DNA of 64,000 bases, taken from positions 82,660-146,659 of the forward strand of contig JAAOMT010000322.1 of the NCBI GenBank assembly GCA_016748015.1, given 5' to 3'. Every line of letters begins with the position of its first letter. The stretch's first letter is position 1. The stretch comes from Geosiphon pyriformis uo1. Lineage: Eukaryota > Fungi > Glomeromycota. Below the pieces are notes generated by a model that saw only the letters and a list, made by a program, of their open reading frames with translations, made no database searches and was not told the origin of the DNA. Positions 12,934-27,285 of the stretch are shown here, one piece after another. Both the position numbers and the translations under genes were made by a program.

Positions 12934-15339
12934 ATGGATAAATCACAAAAATATGATCGTCAGCTTCGGTAAACTCCTCTCACGCTTATCTTCATATTTT
13001 GCTTGCTTTATAAAAGTTAAGCTGTTGTTCAAGTTTTAAGTAAAAAGTGCAACTGAGTTGTGTGGGGAAATAATGTCAATGAAAGTAACCTGAGACCTTT
13101 CTGCAGACTTTGGCAAGCCAATGGTCAGGTTGCTCTGGAATCTTCCAAAGTCTGTTTGATAAATGGGACGGCGACGGGATGCGAAATTCTGAAAAATCTA
13201 GTTTTACCAGGTGGGTAACCGTTGTTGACCTTTTTTTATGTATATGCGTACTAATACCACCCTAATCAACATCGAATTGTAGGAATTGGTTCCTTTACCG
13301 TTTTAGACAACAAACTGGTTGATGGAACAGATGTTGGAAATAATTTTTTTCTGGACTTGGATAGTATCGGGTCCCCCAGAGCTGAGAGAGTGGCTGTTTT
13401 TTTGCAAGAATTGAATGAAGATGTCAAAGGATTTCATATGGCCGAGGTAAGTATAATATATTGAATGTGCAAATTCGACTTTTTCTGTAACTGGCTCTTT
13501 AGTTAATTATTTTGCATCCATGATTCATAGAACCCTATCAATGTCATAAATAACAGGCCAGAGTATTTTCTACAATTTTCTTTGGTGATTAGTACTGAGC
13601 TACATGAAAAACCTCTACTGAAACTATCAGAAATCTTATGGAAGGCTAAAATACCCTTGGTAGTGGTTCGCACTGTCGGCTTCACTGGATATGTTCGCCT
13701 TGTGTTGCCTGAGCATGAGAGTATGCTTCGCTCTATATGCAATTTTGAAATTTATCTTTTTGAGATTCGAACAAAACTCCATTTCTGTTTCAAATTTAAA
13801 GTCATTGAGACACATCCAGAAAATATTAATGACCTTCGGCTGGATGTTCCGTTCCCTGCATTGTCTAAGTATGCTCAAAGCATTGACCTGGATGCTCTTG
13901 ACAATATGGATCATGCCCATATTCCTTATGTTGTAATATTATTAAAATACTTGGAGCAATGGCGGAATTATGTAAATATTTTGCCATCAAAATTATTCAA
14001 AATCTTATCCTCATTCCTTTCCTAATCTAAAAAAATCATCAACGTCAGCATGGACACCTACCTATAACATCGGCTGAGAAGAATACTTTCAAGCAAACCA
14101 TAATAAATGGCAAACGTACTCCTGACCAAGAAAACTTTGATGAAGCTTTGGCTGGAGTCTGGAAAGCTTGCTCTGTCACAAAGGTCTCTTCTTCAGTCGA
14201 GGAAATCTTCAAAGACCCAGCCTGTGAGAACATTACAGCGGAGGTATGTTCTGTGTTAAATTTAAAAGGCTGCAATTTTTATTTGATCATTCTAATTATA
14301 GTCGTCGAGCTTCTGGATCAATACTCGTGCTGTTCGTGATTTTGTTGCAAATGAAGGACATGGTTTGCTCCCATTGGCCGGTGCATTACCCGATATGAAA
14401 GCTGACACGACTAGTTACGTTTCATTGCAAAATATGTATGAATAAAAGAATGTGCACTTGTTTGATCCTCGTTATAATTATCAATCTCATTAATCGCTTT
14501 TCTTCATCTTGATCCTTTTCTTTGTATTAGCTATCGTAAAAAGGCCCTAGAAGACGTTGCATCGGTTCGAGCTCGCGTAGATGATATATTGACTTTAATA
14601 GGAAGGCCACGAAATTTTATCTCAGATCAAGAAGTTGAAACTTTCTGCAAAAATGCCGCTTTTATTCAGGTGATCAGATATCGTTCCCTTCAAGAAGAAT
14701 ACATAAATAACCCAAAGCGAACTGAGATTGGTAATTTTTACATTTTGCATATGATTATCCAACAAAAAATTATTGATTATAAATTTATTCAATGATTTCT
14801 TAGGCCAATGGTTACGTGACCCCGATGATAATATTGTACATTATGTATTAATTAGAGCAATAGATCGGTTCTACGAAGCTCACCAACGTTATCCTGGTAA
14901 TTTTTGCTTCATTCTTTATATTCTTAGAATATTTTGGAGAAAACTCATTTGTTTTTGATTTTATGTTCTCCATAGATGCCGCTACTTTAGATGATGAAGG
15001 TGAATCTGAATTTCATCTATTCAAAAAAACGGTGACCGCCTTTCTGAACGAATTAGGAATAAACACGTCTTTACCACATCTTGATGATTTTATCCACGAA
15101 ATGTAAATTAGTCACTCTTTGAATGTTTCTTTATAATTTGACATAAAAAAAAATTCAAGTATTTTTATCTTTTTAATAGATGTCGCGCCGGTGGTTCTGA
15201 ACAACCAAATATTGCGGCATTGGTAGGTGGTATTGCATCCCAAGAGATCATCAAACTAATCACCAGTCAATATATACCGATAAATAATACCTGCATCTTT
15301 GCGGGGATCAAATCAACCTCTTCAACGTACATCCTCTAA
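12934..15339 (+). CDS. ULA1: NEDD8-activating enzyme E1 regulatory subunit (APP-BP1/NAE1), multi-exon
   Basis: KYDRQLR|[20 protein letters not shown]|[65 protein letters not shown]. Confidence 0.92.
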
Positions 15340-16729
15340 AAAGATCATAAAAATATAGAAGAGTGGATAGCATTGATGATGCAACTTGACCTTGAAATTC
15401 CAAATATATATGTCTTAGCAGTTGACTGGTAGTCTAATGTTGGACTATTATTTTTTAATTTTTCTTTGCGATTTCTCTATCATTCTGCTGCTGCAGTGCT
15501 TCAAGAAAACAAGCACGTAATACGAAAAATTAAGAAAAACGAACCATTCATCAATCACCTCGGGGGAGTATCAAGATCATTTGACAACCTCCGTGTTTTG
15601 AGAGGTTGGTTTGTTATAAAAAAAAGTAATCTAGTATGAACTGTTAAGATTTCTAATTCTTGTTGTTACTGGAGGATTTGTTGCAACATATAATTAATTA
15701 TCTGATTTTACATTAAAATTATGTTATATTAAATATCTTAAACACATATTTTGCATTTATTTTATTAAATAAATAAATAATAGCATTTTATTATTTATTG
15801 AAAATTTATTATTGTATTTTATGGTATTATTATTTAAAAAAAGATCTTTAATTTTAATAATATTTTTAAATAAACAAAACAACAAATTTGTAGTTTTTCA
15901 AAATTAAAAACAGTATTTGTTTTATTAGTATTTTTATAAAATTAATTATAAATCTTACCAAACAAACTATATTTTACAGCCAAAATTTTTTAAAATAATA
16001 ATTTTAATTTAAACTTTTTATTATTAAAAGCAATTAAATAAAATATTAAAAATATAACAACAGTTTTACATAAGAAACAAAGTTATTAAAATAATTTATA
16101 ACTATTTTAAATACAATAAACAACTTAAAAAAATAAATATATTAAAAAAACAGTTTTACAATTAAAATTCAGATAATTAAACAAAAGTAGTATTAACAAA
16201 GTTAAAGTTTTAAAATAAACAAATTAAAAAATTTTAACTAAATAATAAAAATTTACAAAAATATTTTTAATATTATTGTTTAAAATTATATATATAATAT
16301 AACTTTTTTTATTTTTACAATTGGTAAAATTTAGTAAAAATAATTATATAAAACAATACAATTATTTGTTAATTGTTTTTATTTTAATAAATACATAGTT
16401 ATTATTTAAATTAAAAAAAGTATTATTATTTACAATTAAGTTAAAATTAAATATTATAATTAATATTAACAATACAAAATTAATAAAACACAAAAAAAAA
16501 CAAGTTTTAAAATAATAATTGTGTTATCAAAATTAAAAAAAATTTATTATAAAAACAATGAAAAAAAAAAGTAATAATAACATTAAAATTAGTTTTAATA
16601 TATTATTTATAAAAATAAAAATTTAAAAAATTTCTTTCTTTTTTATGTCTAAAATTTTCCAAAAAACATTTTTTTTTATAAAAAAAGTTTTTTGTTTTCT
16701 TGTTATTTTTATTTAATATTTCTCTAATT

Positions 16730-18730
16730 AATAACTTCTTTGTTGTGGACTTAAAAACTGCTTTAAATAATAGCATATTTAAAAAAAAGATGTTTAAAAA
16801 TGTTTTTTATGATCCTGTTAGTGGTTTTTTCTTTTAGAAAAAGAAGATTATTCTAAGTAATATTAAACATTCTGATAATAATAAAATTAACATTAATTAT
16901 TTTCTTGCTGTTGGTCTTATTGTAATTTTCAGCAATTTCATTTTCAATGTTTTGAAATTCTACAATAGTAACAACTTTACAATTGGTTATTAGATAATAA
17001 TAGGTAATTGCTTCGGTTTTATTATTATGATGGCTAGTATTTTTGTGATTGCTGCTGTTGCTGTTGGTTTGTAAAATAGTTTTCAACTTTTTTAGTCAAT
17101 TAATCAATTATTTTTTCAGCTGCTAAGCTGGTTTTTTCAATTGCAAGATTTACAAGTTTTGTATAATTGGCTTTTTATAGTTATTTTATAATTTTTAGCA
17201 TGTTAAATAACTATAGTTAAGTTTACTAAAGCATGTGGTTGAACTTTCTTAATAGGTTTGTCTTTCAATCCTGCAATAAACTAATCCAAAATTTGGGTAT
17301 TGAAGTAGTAGTTATTGGTTTTCAATTGTTAAATTTGTTAAAAAAGTTTGCTGAACTTTTTAAGATAGATTATAATAGTTTTAGATAATTTTTGTTTAAT
17401 ATTGTGAAAGTAATTTCGAAAAATAATAGAGATGTTGTTAATAAATTGTTTCAAAAAAGTATTTTTAAATGTTTGCCAGTTTTTGAAAAGTTTGGCCAAG
17501 TTTTCAAACTATTTTTTTGTTGTTTTTTGAAAAAAGTATGAAATTGCTTTTAACATTCTTACTGTATTGCATCCATTCACATCTCTTGTTTTCTAGACTT
17601 TGTCAAGTCATTTTTGTGAACTGGTATTAGCATCTTTTTTAATAAATTTAGTAATTTTTGTTATGTAAGTGGTTGCTATGTCTTTTGTATTTTTATTTTC
17701 AGTAGTTTTTTCTTCTGTAGATTCAAAAACGTCTTTGTTGTTATTAGAATGATTGCTTTGGTTTTCTGCTAAAAAATCAAGAAGATTAGTACTAGTAAAA
17801 TTTTGTTCAGACTGTTGTATTAAGTTTTTTGATAATGTAAAATTTTTTAGTCTTAAGAAATAGTTAAGTGGTAAATTTGGTATCTAAGCTTGAGCAAGTA
17901 AAGCTGGAAAAGATGTAAATAAAAATAGTGATTTAGAACTAATTCTTTGTTCTAATGTCTGCAAATATTGAAAAGTTGTTTTTAGTATATTAAGTGTTGT
18001 ATGAATTGGTTACATATTTTTTTATTTGTTTTTTTCGCTTGTTTTGGATTTAGACTTAAGTTCAAAAATAAATTGTGAATTGGCAAGATACTTTTTTTCA
18101 CAAAATGTGATAATATTATAATCAAGTTCTTCAAAATAAGTAGCAAAACTATTAGCACTAAGGTTTTCTGAGTTTTTATTTGAATAGTAGATGAGATTTT
18201 CAAGATTTTACTTGAATTCTGTAATATTGTAGTCTCTAAAAAAATATTTGTTGTTTTGGTTTTTGATATATTAAAAAAGTGTTTTCTTAAAGAATGTAAT
18301 TTTATCTTGGATTTCAAATTGTTGTTTGCAGTAAATGTAAATTAACTGATAGTACTTTAGAGTTGTTATGTCTGATGCAATTATCACTTTGAAGTTGTTA
18401 TTATTGTGTTATTTTTATAAAGAAAACACCAAATATTACTTGAGATTTTTGGTCTTTTTTTTTATATAGTGTTAATGCTTATCTGCTGTAAATTCACGTT
18501 TTTGGAAGTAATTGAACCTCTGATAACTGAATTTATTTTCAAATTATCTTTTATAATTTGAACTGTTGGATTTATAAGTTAAATATCTAATTTTGTGCCA
18601 GTTGTTTTGTATAATTATATTGTAGTAAATATCAAATCTTTTTCAGGAATTGCTTGTCTAAAAGCTTACCAAAATATGTAGTTACTTTGCTGTAAAAGTC
18701 AACTCTTCTACTAGAATCTTATTTGTAGAC
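16730..18730 (-). mobile_element. Degenerate Ty3/Gypsy-like LTR retrotransposon, gag region relic
   Basis: Minus-strand translation at ~17150-17680, read through stops, gives a retrotransposon-gag-like string (RMLKAISYFFQ...FENLAKLFKNWQTFKNTFLKQF...QILD*FIAGLKDK.IKKVQPHAL). Boundaries approximate; no LTRs recognised. Confidence 0.65.
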
Positions 18731-18739
18731 TATCTTAAT

Positions 18740-18772
<33 letters not shown>

Positions 18773-19049
18773 TGTAAAAGAAATAGAATTTTGTTAAAAA
18801 AATCATTTTTTGGTCTAGGTTTAGAGTAATTAGTGGTTTTTATTGAAATTGGTAGCTAATTAATTTCAAAATATTAGTTGGGTTTTGGAAAATTTTAAGT
18901 GATTTTATTTCAAGAATTGGTTTTTAAAATATATTTTTATTTTGAATTTGTATTTGTAAGATAATTCTAAAAAAGGTAAGATATCTATGATAAGATATAT
19001 TTTTTCAAAAAAAAAGCTCTTTTTTTATACAATTTGTTATAGTATTAGT

Positions 19050-21350
19050 CTATAAACTTGAACTTTTCTTTTTGCTATAATTTCGTTAAATTAAAAATAC
19101 ATTTCAATAAATTACAAGTTATTTTATTAAACTATTAACTATTTTGGTAAACTATTTAATATTTCAGCAAATTTTAGCAAATTTTTGAATGTTACATAGT
19201 TTAAGATATTGTGTAATTTGATTATTCTAATTTTTATTGTACAAATCGAGTTATTAATTAAATAGTAATATTTAATTAAATAATAAGTGATAATTGAAAT
19301 AATATTAATATATACTAATTAATAATAGAAATTATAAAAATAATTTGATACTAATTTTACAATTAAAATTTTACTGGTAACAGTATATATATTTTTGCAT
19401 GAATTTGGGTTAGTTAATGGCCAATAATAAGATTAACATACTATACAGCATATTAGTATCATCTAAGGCTCAGAGTTATTATAGTGTTTATATTATCAAA
19501 AATTGTGTTTTCTTAATATTGACTTAAATTGGTTTTCATTAAAAACCATGTTTTCTTAATTTTAGCTTAAGTGGTTTTTATTATTGTCTTGAGCTGAATT
19601 TTTAGCCAAAAAAATCAAGAAAAAAGTTTAAGAAAGAGTTATACTTACCTTTTTTATATAAATTTACTATTAATTTTATTAATTATAACCTAATTTTTTT
19701 TCAACAGCTTTTTGCTATTATCTTTAATAATACTACAAATAATGGTACTTTTGTAAGAAAGTTAGTAAAAAAATTAGAAGAGAAAAACATTCAATAGAAT
19801 TCCAAAAACTTTCAATTTTAATATTTTAATTATATTTTAAACTTAGCAATACAAACAGTTTTAAATGAAATAAAGAATAATATTTCCAAAATATTTGTTA
19901 AAAACTCAAATTAAATATATTTATCTGAAATTTTCTTAATGTAAACTTTGTATAAATTAAAGATTAGAAAACTTAACTCTACAATCTGTATCTTGTCTCA
20001 ATGTTTTAAGCTTCTTGAATATATCTGTAATGTATGTCAAATTAAATATCATAAACACATTCTGAATTGTCTTACCTAGTAGAATTCTACTTACAATTTA
20101 GTTAGAAATAAGTTATCTTTTAAATTAGCAAGTTATTTATTTTTGATTCTATATATTTTAAATACAAAAATTTTAATTATAAATTTATAAATATTAAACA
20201 CTTTTACTAACACTCATATTGACTTTTATTAATATATTATTTTATCCAATTAGTGGACTGTCTTTAATAAAATTGCTAAATTTTTTGAATTATTTAAAGA
20301 TATTATGATTAAAATATTAACCAGTTCAAATAATACTGTCTTTTTGATTATTTTTCTTTTTAATATCATTTTTAATCATATTGAAAACATAGTTAATAAT
20401 AATAAATTTAATAAAGCATTATAATCTCTATTGTATTTATTTAGTTATTTATTTAACACATTTAATATTAAATCTATTACTTATTATAGTGGCTAGGACA
20501 GTAAAAAAAAGTTAATTAAATATTACTCTAAAACAAATACAACTATAATGCTTTGTTTGCATTGAATTCAATGAAAATTTTCAGATGATAATATTAATAA
20601 AATAAAAAAATTGTAAATTATTAATTTATTTAAATGGTTTTATTTTTCAATTTTTACACAATAAATAAACCTTTAGAATACATACTCTTTTTAAAACAGA
20701 ATATACACTAGACATTATACCAACATTAAATAACAGTTTTTTGTTGAATAACAATGTTAATAATATTATAGTATTAGTTACATAATTTATATTAAAGGCA
20801 AACTTTAATAATGATAAAAAAAAAACTTAATAAAATTGATTATTATATCTCTAAAAAAGTGGCCAATAGAAAAATGTATATAATAATATAATAGAAAGTA
20901 TATTACAAAAAATATTTATTTAAATTAATATTTTATTAATAATTCAATATTTAAGAACATTAAACACAATTTTTTCATCTTATATGTATGACTTATAATT
21001 ATTTGGCAATTCAAAAATTATCTGTTGCTTTTAAACATGCTTTTTTTGTGGATAAAAATATAATTACAGATATAAAATTTCACTTAATGCTTAAAACTAT
21101 AAAAACAGCACAGTGTTTTTAATCATAGATACAGAGATTACTGAAAAGAAAATTAAATAATAATATAATATAATATAATGTTTTTAATAGTTAAATCTGT
21201 ATATGTTTATGAACTTTAAACCAAACTTAAATCAGACTTGTTGTATGTGTTTGGTTTTGGTTCAAGTTCAGTAATTTTAAGTTTGATTCAAGTTTGAATT
21301 CAAAATTTTGTTAAATTTTCTGTTTGAGTTTGGTTTTAATTCTAAGTCAC
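19050..21350 (+). mobile_element. Degenerate hAT-superfamily DNA transposon (transposase relic)
   Basis: Eroded hAT motifs in the correct order: NNTTNN (DNAxNN, ~19725), F*YFNYILNLAIQ (CxxHxLNL, ~19815), ILNCLT**NSTY (D.PTRWNSTY, 20059-20095), and dimerisation-domain-like YNYLAIQKLSVAFKHAFF...KTIKTAQCF*S* (~20990-21130). Termini not identified. Confidence 0.75.
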
Positions 21351-21399
21351 TTTTTTTTGATACTTTGCATATTGGTAAAGTTTTTTTTGTCATTCTGAA

Positions 21400-24300
21400 T
21401 AATATATCTATTAATGTTTATCTGGTTTTATTGAAATATTTTTAGAATTTTTGACCAATTAAATGCTTAGTATTGTATGTAAACTAAGCAATATAGATTT
21501 GATGTCTTTGGCATCTACCTTTTAATTTTCTATCTCAGCTGTTTCAATGTGTTTAAACATAGAATTAGATTTAAACATGATCTTAAATAATCCTCTAGTG
21601 TTGTCTTTTCTTTTATTTTTAGTTATAAAAAACAAGTTTTTTAATTTAGGTTTAAATAGTTCGAAGATTTTAACTACTAAGATTGGTGGCTTAAAATCAA
21701 AAATAGTTGCTCTTGAAATTTTTATTGGTTCAGTTTTAAAGAAGTTGAATTAATTGTGTGTTGATTCAAGTTTCTTGGCACATTTTTCATCTTAATAAGT
21801 AATTTTGTCAACTATATGTAATATTAAGAACATAAACAATATAATTAAACAAAAAGATATAATCAGATGGCACAATAAATTTGGCAATTAGGTTTCTATT
21901 ATTATTAAAACTAAGCTAAAAAAACAGGCTAGATCTTAGATAAAAAATAGATTTCAAGATGTAAAAGTTTTTGTTTCTGGTTTAGATACTGACTACATGA
22001 GTGCTAGAATAACAATAATAATAAACAATGCAAGTTTTTATGTTGTATTAAGTGACAATTTCAATAAAAATGGTGTAAAACACAATACAAGCTTCAAAAA
22101 ATGTTTTGATTTGGGTTTGTGCAATTTTTTGATAAATAATTCAGTTGCTAAGATTATGATATAAAGTAATTTGAAAGACATAAAAAAAACTATTGATTAT
22201 ATTTTAGTCAGTAAACATTTTTTGATGACAATTATTGAACATAAAGTTAATAGTGTTTCTGATTTCTTTAATACTGATTATTTGGCTATTGTAATTTCAA
22301 TTGGCTTGAATGGTTTTCTAGATAAATGCTTAAATGCAATCTATAAACAAGTTAATAAGTATTAATAGAAATTTGGTATTAAAAATACTAATAATTTAAA
22401 ATAAACTCAATTTAAAAAATACTTATTAGAACAAATGTTTAGTATACTTGGCAAGTTTTATATTGTAAAAAAGCAAAGTAATTTGGATGCTATGTAAAAG
22501 CTTCTAAAATTGGAAATAGTTGAATTGGCAAACAAAATTTTCTATAAAGTTTGGTTTAAAAATTCTAGTAATTTTAAAAACAAACAATTTTTAAGATTTT
22601 ACAGATTGAAAATTTTAGTTTCAAAAATTGTCAAAGTTTTTTTTTTAAGAAACATTATTAAGTTTGATTGTCTTTAAAAAATTTAGTCAAGATTAAATGT
22701 TGACAATTCTCTTAAGCTGTCATTTTTGATCAAAAATTGAATAAAAATTGAAAAAATACTCTTTTTTTATTAAAAATCAAGAAAAAATATTATATGTTCA
22801 AGTATTAAGAATTTAAAACTATGAAGACAGCTGTAATTAAAGACACAATTAGTAAAAAAATAGAAGACTTCTATATAAACAAGAGTTATATGATCAGAAG
22901 TGTTTTAGAGAAATCTTTTTGAAAAGTGGTTTTGAATTATTTGGTGATTGGTGAAGATTTGATTTGAAATCTGAAATGATGAAAAACAAGATGAATAAAA
23001 TAATGGAGAGCTAAATTAGAAAAAAATTGGTGCTTAAAATAGTACCAAATTTTTGGTTTTGGCAATATATGCTTTTGGATTATGTTAAAAATAGAATATT
23101 TTTTGAAATTATGAAACAAATCAGTTTAGATAAGTTGATTATAATTGTAGAAGATTTTACTTGATAACAAAACTGTTGGCTTATCTGGTATTTTAAATAA
23201 ATTGTAAAAGCATTATGGTTTTAATGTTATGGTTTGTTTCTTAGTTTTATTAAATTGTTATTTAGATGTTGATACAGTTTTTACTTTATAGAAAAGAGCT
23301 TGGATTTTTATAATTTCAAAGTTCTATAATTGGAATAGTATACTAATTAATACTATGCTAATTAAGACTGCCAAAAAAATTTTGTTAAAAATACTTTCAG
23401 ACTGGATCTTTTTTGTAAAAATAATTTTTTAGTGTTAAAGAGTATATTAACTTGGTCTTTAGTATTTACAATTGGCTTGGTTGTAGAAAATGCTTTAAAA
23501 AAAAATAAAAAGCTGTAATTGGTTTTGCAAAACATACATAAAGCATATGATTTAGTTGGCTGATATTATTTGAGAAACAGATTAAGATATATTAAAATAT
23601 ATAAACAATTTAATTATTTTTTTGGTAGTATATACTAAAACAAAATTAACAGAATTATAACTGACTTTAGTCTGTTAAATAATTATTGTATACATAATAG
23701 ACTAGATTAAAGTGAAGTTTTTTCATCTTTTTTTTAAAGAATTTTTTATAACTTCTTTTTATGTAAAATTAAGAGACATAAACATTTATGTAATTATTAT
23801 ATTAATACAAAATTTGTAGTCAAAACAGACAGACTAAAAAACACAAAAGAAAAAACTTTTTTTCTTACAGCTAGTATTTTTGTTGATAATACAATTTAGG
23901 TAAAAAATAGCCAAATTTCAATTCAATATATTTTAAACATTATTAGTGAATTTTTTGATATCAACAATATTTTAATTAATAATAACAAAACAGTGGTCAT
24001 TTCTATTAACCAAATGATTAAATATGTTTTTTTAATTATTAATGAGAATTTTATATTAATTGCAAAAAAAGTAAGTTATATTATTATTTAGAAATTTTTT
24101 TTTTATTAATAGTTTATTTAAACTTAGTTTGGCCAAAGCTTATTCAGATATTAGATTTTTTATAAACATAGTTTTAAAAAAAATGATCTTAAATAAACAA
24201 TTTTGTTATTTGGTTTCTGCTGTTTTATAACTAATTATATATTATTATATGTAGTTTAATTTTATTTTAGTTAATGTTTGCTGCAAATCAGATTTTTTAA

Positions 24301-25210
24301 TTAAAAAAAATTTAAGATTAAAAGCTGAATTGCTTAAAAATTTTTTTAATAAAGCATTATATCATCTACTGCTGTACAATCTAAAGTCTTTTGAACAATT
24401 GCAAGTTAAAAATAAAGTGACTTTAACAGTTTTGTTTGCTAATTTTGAGAGAATTCTTAGCAAACTCTTTGATTATTGGTTTTTAGATTTGCAAATTTTG
24501 GGCTGGACTTCAACTAATTTTCTGTAATATTTTATTAAATTAAAGATCAGTTTTATAAACAATTTTTTTACTAAAGTAATACAAATATTTTTAAATAATA
24601 AAATCTCATTAATAAATAACTTACTACAAGTTTTTTACAGTTTAGGCAAGTTTTTAATATCTGATATCTTGAAAAAAAAACCTACTATAGAATAATAGTT
24701 TTTTTAAAGCATTATAGTATTGCTTTTGGTAATAGATTTTTAGATAAACATGGTGTTTTAATAACTTGAAAGATTTTTTGCCATTGAAAAAGACTGGATT
24801 TAAGAAGTTCTATTCTGTTTTGGTTTGCTATAGCATTTGGTTTTTTGGATAGTTTAAAATTTAATATTGAGAATAAGGTAAATGTTTCAAATTTAGTTTT
24901 TTATAATGTCTTGAATTTAGATAATTTTGGATTAATCAAAAATTTTTTACATGAAGTTTGGGCCAATACTTTTAATGTTTACACTAATAGCCCATTCAAG
25001 AAATTGAGTGTATCAAAGATGACAGGTAAAACAGCTGTCTACTTTTTAAATATAAATATAAGTATTGGTATTAGAATTTTCAGTATAGTGTTTTTTATGA
25101 TGACTGAACTATATGTTGTTATTTTGGCTTTAGAATATATGCTTTTTTATCGTACTGTAATTTTGCATTTGGACAATTAGGCAGCTATTAATGCGTATTT
25201 AGTTAGAATT
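21400..25210 (+). mobile_element. Degenerate non-LTR retrotransposon (LINE): ORF1 tail, AP endonuclease, reverse transcriptase, RNase H
   Basis: APE motifs TICNIKN..IIKTKL (~21810-21920), SDNFN, TIDYILVS, NTDYLAI. RT motifs LVLQNIHKAYDLVG* (~23520-23563) and IFVDNTI*V (~23876-23902). RNase H motifs VYTNSP, MTELYVV, LHLDN*AAI (~24975-25195). Confidence 0.85.
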
Positions 25211-26256
25211 ACTTAGGTTAATTTTGTATGCTAGATAACAATTGGACTGTATTCATTAAAAAAATAAAAAATAAAAAATTTAATTAAAAAAAACTTTTAG
25301 TTAAAAACTGTTTTATTTTAAAATTATTTAGAAAAATACTTTTATATTAATTTATTTAGTTAAAAAAACTTTTTAAAAATATTTCAATATTGTATTTTAT
25401 AATATTTTAAATGTAATTTTTTTTAAATAATATTTATTTTGGATATTTTATTTTTAAAATTGGTTGTTAATTTAATTATTAACTAATTATTAATTAAACT
25501 ATTAATCTAATTATTAAATTATTTTTATTATTTTTATATTTAATTTTCTTTTAATCTATAATAATTGAAAATAAATAAAATATGTCATTAAATTCTAAAA
25601 GTGCTAATTGAAATATAAAATTATAGCTGTGTTATTTTTTTGTTAATAGTTATAAACTATTTTTCTATCTTCAAATTTTTTTAAAAAGATTAATAACTGC
25701 AATTTCATAAGACTAATTCCAAGAGGAAGGGTGGAGAAAGGAAGTAGTAATAAAATTTATAAAAACATCTTTGCAGGATAGTAATAAATTTTTTAAAAAT
25801 GTACATTTAAATATAATTTATATAGAAATAGTAATATTCTACTCATTGTTCGATAAATTAGAGGTTGCTTGGGTAATATCTTAAATAATCTATATTTGCA
25901 ACCTTGAATTAAGTTAAACGAGTAAACGATAAAATATCAAACTCAGAAATAATATTCTATAGGTTTGAAATAGATCTAATAAACTTATAATTTATGATTT
26001 AAAATATAATAAAGGTATCTAGGATTCATCCGTTAAATAATTAAAAGAATAAGTATGAAAAATGAATATGACTGATCAGATTTATTAAGTATCATCTAAA
26101 GATAATAGATAGTAAAAATAATGTAGTGCTAAACAAGAGTATAAATTTTATTAATGGTTAATAATGGATGTAATTTCTTACCTTTAGGGAGAAAGACAAA
26201 TTATTTTAAAATAGTAAAGTAAATTAAGATAAAATTAATTTTTTATATACTGCATA

Positions 26257-27206
26257 TTAAATCAAAGAATTAATCAATACTAAATTAGAGAAAATAACCC
26301 TAGAAAAATCAACCATCTGTGCAGTTAAAAGACCTGTTATAAACTGCTCCTGGATGAATTGCTGTTGTTTGTTGTCAAGTAATTTGTTGTGATGTTGTTC
26401 TTCTAGATATTTATCTGATTCCATAAACTCGGACCTACAAGAAGAACGAAGTTCCCTTAACTTATCCCAAACTTCAACCGCAGTAGGACGATTCTTAGGA
26501 TTAACATCCCAACACTTTTTAATGAGTTCAGCGTAACAAGGAGGAATAAGTGGGGAGGTAATTTTAGGTCTTTGAACATTTAAAGTAGCCATTATAGGAA
26601 TATGATCATTAGAACGATTATGAAAAGGAGGCTTTCCTGTTACTAATTCCCATAATAACATAGAAAAACTATAAATCTCAACCTTTTCTGTAAACTTTTC
26701 TCCTCTTAAAACTTCTGGTGGAATGTATGGAATCACTCCATATATCTTTTTCTTTTCTGTTGCTGTCTCTGTTATTATTGCTTCATTGTTTGAATTTGTT
26801 TCCTTGTTTACTGGTTGACATAATCCGAGGTCTCCAATTTTTAGATAATTATTCCTTAATAGCAGGATGTTGCACGGGTGTAGGTCATGATGAACCATAT
26901 CAGAAGAATGAATTTCTTCAAGTCCTGAAGCTATACTCCACGTGATATATAATTTATCTTTACAACTCGTAGAATGAAAATTTGTTGATAAATATTTTCG
27001 TATGTCACCATGTTTGGTAAACTCCATCACAATTCCATAATCAAGTGTTTCAGAGTTTTGCGTAATACCCAATATTGGAGAGATATATTCTAAATTCCCA
27101 CTCTTAATAAACACAGCTCTTCGAATATTTAACTATCTATAGTAAATAGATGATATAGAGTAAATAAATAATAGTTAAATATGAATTAAATATAAACATA
27201 AGTTTA

Positions 27207-27285
<79 letters not shown>

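Noticed and set aside
12934-15339. Functional cluster linking the NEDD8 E1 subunit (cullin activation) with the BTB adaptor genes
   Set aside because: Separated by more than 16 kb of TE debris. BTB genes are numerous in such genomes, so proximity is probably chance.
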